A DNA stretch of 64,000 bases from Candidatus Sumerlaeaceae bacterium (GTDB lineage Bacteria; Sumerlaeota; Sumerlaeia; Sumerlaeales; Sumerlaeaceae), in NCBI GenBank assembly GCA_026418615.1, contig JAOAAY010000010.1, positions 20,600 through 84,599 on the forward strand. The letters are read 5' to 3'. Below the pieces are notes generated by a model. That model did no database searches, was not told where the DNA came from, and was given only the letters and a program-made list of their open reading frames with translations. Positions within the stretch are counted from its first letter, which is position 1. Every line of letters starts with the position of its first letter. The translations under genes were made by a program, and so were the position numbers. This document shows, piece by piece, positions 61,198-64,000 of this stretch.

Positions 61198-62553
61198 TCA
61201 GCCCGACAAAGCCGCGGCTTCGACATATTCAGGCGTAGCGCGGGCAGACCGGCGAATGGCCGGCAACAAGAGCGCAAAGCCCAGCGCGACGAGCAAACAT
61301 ACGGCACCGCACGCGGAGAGCGCCACCCGCGGCCCAAGACGGCCCGCCAGCCAGCCCGCCAGAAGACTGCCAAATGGCATCATGCCAAGATTCATCATGG
61401 TGTACAGACTCATGACCCGCGCTCGGAAGCGCTCTTCCACCAGCACCTGCACCAAGGTCTGGCAACCTATCATGGCCGAAACCATGCAAAAACCGGCAAC
61501 CACCAACCCGAGGCAACCGAGCAACCAAGACTCTGTCCATGAAAACAAGATAATGACGACGGAAAACCCAAGGGCTGCTGCGGCGATAGACCGGCCTAAT
61601 CCGCGCAGACGCCGGCGGCGCGCCATGACAATGCCGCCCGTCAGCGCCCCGATGCCAATACTGCTGAACAACTGCCCGAGCATGCGTGCATCGCCCCCGA
61701 AAACATCGCGTGCGAACACTGGCAAAAGCACGAGATACGGCAGCCCGAAGATGGCGATGAGGCCCACAAAAACAATGGTCGCGCCAATGTGCAACTGACC
61801 GAAGGCGTAACGCAACCCTTCCGCCACATGACCCGACCCAGAACCGGCGTACGACACAGACACTGTTTGATCCAAGCGCATGCGCAGCAGTTGCACCACA
61901 ACGATCAGGAAGGTGACGGCGTTGACGGCAAAACACAGGGCCTCGCCCGCCGCTTGGCCTCCCACCCCCAGAACCACGGCGAGGGTGATAACTCCGCCTG
62001 CAAGACTGGGACCGACAATTCGCGCCGTGTTGAAGGCGAGGGAGTTGAGGGCAATGGCGTTGCCGAGATCCTCCCTCGGAACGATCTGCGCGAGAAAAGC
62101 CTGCCGTGCCGGCAAATCGAACGACTGCAAGATTCCCGCAAATCCAGCCAACGCCACGATGTGCCAGTATCGGATGAGCGGTTCACCATCCGCACCATGC
62201 AGCACCGTGAGCGCGAACAGCACGGTGGCCTGAACCGTATACAGACTTTGGGTCAGCAAGATCAGGCGATGACGGCTCATGCGGTCAGCCAGCACGCCCG
62301 ACACAAAGCCAAGGGCTAGCACCGGCAATTGAGCAGCGAAAGAGTGCAGGCCAAGTAAGAACGGGTCCGAGGTCATGCGGTAGATGAGCCATCGCAGGGC
62401 TGTGTCCTGCATCCAATGGCCCACCAGCGAGAAAACCATCCCGGAAAATAGCAGGGCATAATTCGGATGGCGAAGCGCGCGCAGCGTTCTGGGCGGCCAC
62501 CATCCGGTGCCGTTAGTACTCGGGGGACTTCGTTGATCGTCGCTGTCTGGCAT
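61198..62553 (-). CDS. MFS transporter (EntS/DHA3-like)
   Basis: 12-TM MFS profile. Start taken at the internal MPDSDD Met to avoid a 100-bp overlap with the next gene. Confidence 0.7.
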   Translation of the reverse strand: MPDSDDQRSPPSTNGTGWWPPRTLRALRHPNYALLFSGMVFSLVGHWMQDTALRWLIYRMTSDPFLLGLHSFAAQLPVLALGFVSGVLADRMSRHRLILLTQSLYTVQATVLFALTVLHGADGEPLIRYWHIVALAGFAGILQSFDLPARQAFLAQIVPREDLGNAIALNSLAFNTARIVGPSLAGGVITLAVVLGVGGQAAGEALCFAVNAVTFLIVVVQLLRMRLDQTVSVSYAGSGSGHVAEGLRYAFGQLHIGATIVFVGLIAIFGLPYLVLLPVFARDVFGGDARMLGQLFSSIGIGALTGGIVMARRRRLRGLGRSIAAAALGFSVVIILFSWTESWLLGCLGLVVAGFCMVSAMIGCQTLVQVLVEERFRARVMSLYTMMNLGMMPFGSLLAGWLAGRLGPRVALSACGAVCLLVALGFALLLPAIRRSARATPEYVEAAALSG

Positions 62554-62632
62554 CACTCGTGCAGGCAAGTCGTTCAGCGGAACGCTCGCCGCGCAAACAC
62601 TGGCTGGCTTACAAAATGGCGGCTCAACGACT

Positions 62633-63454
62633 TCACCGTAGGTAAGGTTCGGGGTCCACAGGCGTCTGGCCGCGGCGCACCTCGAAGTGCAGGTGCGGCG
62701 TGGTGGCGTTGCCCGTCTGGCCAACCTCGGCAATCACCGTCCCTCGACGGACACGCGCACCCACTCTCGCGAGATTCAAACGGTTATGACCGTACACCGT
62801 GGCAAGGCCGCCGCCATGGTCAATAATGACAAGGTTTCCGTACCCGGCTAACTTGTTATCGCTGTACACCACGATGCCATCGAGAGCCGCACGGATGGGA
62901 GTCCCCTCGCGCGCGAGGATGTCCAACCCTTTGTGTCCCGTGCTGGGGTTGAATCCGCGCCCCATGGTTCCTGCCACCGGCATAATCATGGGCGGGTAGC
63001 CGCTCAGACGGGCTACTTGCGCGACACCTGCCCCGAGAGCGCGGCCAGCGTAGCCCACATTTGCGATAGATCGGGTTACGGGCGCGCCCGCGTGACCGAT
63101 GATGCGCGAAGCCTCGGCCACGGGATTGATCGCGCGCCCGCGAAGGCTCGATCCATACGGCCAAGCCCGGGCCTCCCGGGCGGCCAATTGAAGTCGGGGA
63201 ATGCGCAGGAGACTCCCTGGACGCGGTTCAAGACCCGGTGCCAAATAATTGGCTTGGGCGAGGGCGTCCGGAGAAACCCCGTATTGCTTCGCGAGGCCCT
63301 CCAGCGTGTCCCCCTGACGCACACGGCGCAGCGCGCTGGCGTCATAGTAACCGGTGCCGGAATGGCTCCGGCCCAGTTGAAGATTGACGCAACCTGCCAG
63401 AAGAAAACTTGCCAAAGTCAAACCACTCAGCCGGACGACGAGCCTGCAAACCAT
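62633..63454 (-). CDS. LysM-domain M23-family peptidoglycan endopeptidase lipoprotein
   Basis: Lipobox LLAGC. LysM YRVRQGDTLEGLAKQYGVSPDALAQAN. M23 GHKGLDI...HLHFEV. Confidence 0.75.
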   Translation of the reverse strand: MVCRLVVRLSGLTLASFLLAGCVNLQLGRSHSGTGYYDASALRRVRQGDTLEGLAKQYGVSPDALAQANYLAPGLEPRPGSLLRIPRLQLAAREARAWPYGSSLRGRAINPVAEASRIIGHAGAPVTRSIANVGYAGRALGAGVAQVARLSGYPPMIMPVAGTMGRGFNPSTGHKGLDILAREGTPIRAALDGIVVYSDNKLAGYGNLVIIDHGGGLATVYGHNRLNLARVGARVRRGTVIAEVGQTGNATTPHLHFEVRRGQTPVDPEPYLR

Positions 63455-63714
63455 GTTCTCCGAGCAACCATCTCTCCAAGTGCGTAACCCCTGACTTAGC
63501 GCCGGCATACACCACTTTCTCGACAGGGGGACCCAACCAAGCCCCGATTCGCGGATGCAGGCGTAAACCACGCATGCTTACTCAGCACGACCTTTTGCGT
63601 ATCCATACGGCCGGCGGGTGGCAACATAAAATTTGTGGAATGGTCCGCGCCACGGCTTCACCGCGGCCGGGGAAGTGCACTTGACGCGACGCGACCCAAG
63701 CATACCGTGCTGGC

Positions 63715-64000
63715 ATGATTCAAGTAACGGCAGTTTGCCGAACCCTGACGCTGCTTTTTGTGTGCGCCTGCATCCTTAACCCCGCCGTGGCGCCCGCGAC
63801 CACTGACACCGTAGCGACGGCCGAGCGGTCTTTCGTGACCTCAAGGACCAGTCGCGACACGGGATTGTCGGCTCCCCCGCGGGGCACGACTGCGACGACC
63901 ACCGAAACCGTTGAATTCGATCCGGCCACGATGATGCGCGCAGCGGATCTCCGCCCGGGCATGAAGGGCTACGGGCTGAGCGTATTCAGCGGCATCAGGC
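63715..64000 (+). CDS. Hypothetical secreted protein, N-terminal fragment (runs off the window)
   Basis: ATG at 63715 followed by MIQVTAVCRTLTLLFVCACILNPAVAPA signal-like segment. The frame is open to the window end. Not in the ORF track because no stop codon is present. Confidence 0.35.
   Translation, partial: MIQVTAVCRTLTLLFVCACILNPAVAPATTDTVATAERSFVTSRTSRDTGLSAPPRGTTATTTETVEFDPATMMRAADLRPGMKGYGLSVFSGIR

Overview
High-GC (roughly mid-60s % by eye) bacterial chromosomal segment with about 50 protein-coding genes and three tRNAs: Gly-GCC, Pro-TGG and Ile-GAT. I see no rRNA, no CRISPR array, and no transposase, integrase or phage genes. The content is a mix of housekeeping genes and an unusually dense set of secreted or membrane carbohydrate-active and cell-envelope proteins. 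The housekeeping genes are mdh, gltA, lon, pnp, gdhA, apt, rnhB, lgt, dprA, a Cys/Met-family PLP enzyme, an IspB-like polyprenyl synthase, UbiX, CinA, LivG/LivF ATPases, HtrA and NfeD. The carbohydrate and envelope set is: a long-form NagB-like deaminase; a GH38 alpha-mannosidase; three clan GH-A-type TIM-barrel hydrolases, one fused to DUF4214 repeats; two inverted GHL10 (DigH/YddW-like) paralogs; a LamG-like protein; an HGSNAT-like acetyltransferase; a PMT_2-like membrane protein; a Pal-like lipoprotein; an M23/LysM peptidase; and two prepilin-type (GspG-like) proteins. The strongest operon-like block is a minus-strand run at 7.5-17.1 kb (ROK kinase, UbiX, GH38, GHMP kinase, MshEN+TM2 fusion, secreted GH, Lgt), which looks like a mannoside/glycan utilisation locus. 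I did not recognise a defence system or any other canonical named system. The most unusual items are a c-di-GMP-type MshEN domain fused to a TM2 domain inside the glycan operon, an RD/RG-repeat tail on PNPase encoded by tandem DNA repeats, an inverted GHL10 paralog pair flanking rnhB, a CPXCG zinc-ribbon gene coupled to an N-terminally short PMT-like membrane protein, an isolated tRNA-Ile(GAT) next to an AT-rich island driving divergent pseudopilin genes, and an NfeD / orphan LivGF / HtrA arrangement. Pseudopilins, VKOR-Trx and the GH-rich secretome suggest a PVC-superphylum-like (Verrucomicrobia/Planctomycetes-type) lifestyle, but that is inference only. Many long antisense ORFs in the six-frame track are high-GC shadows and are not reported as genes.
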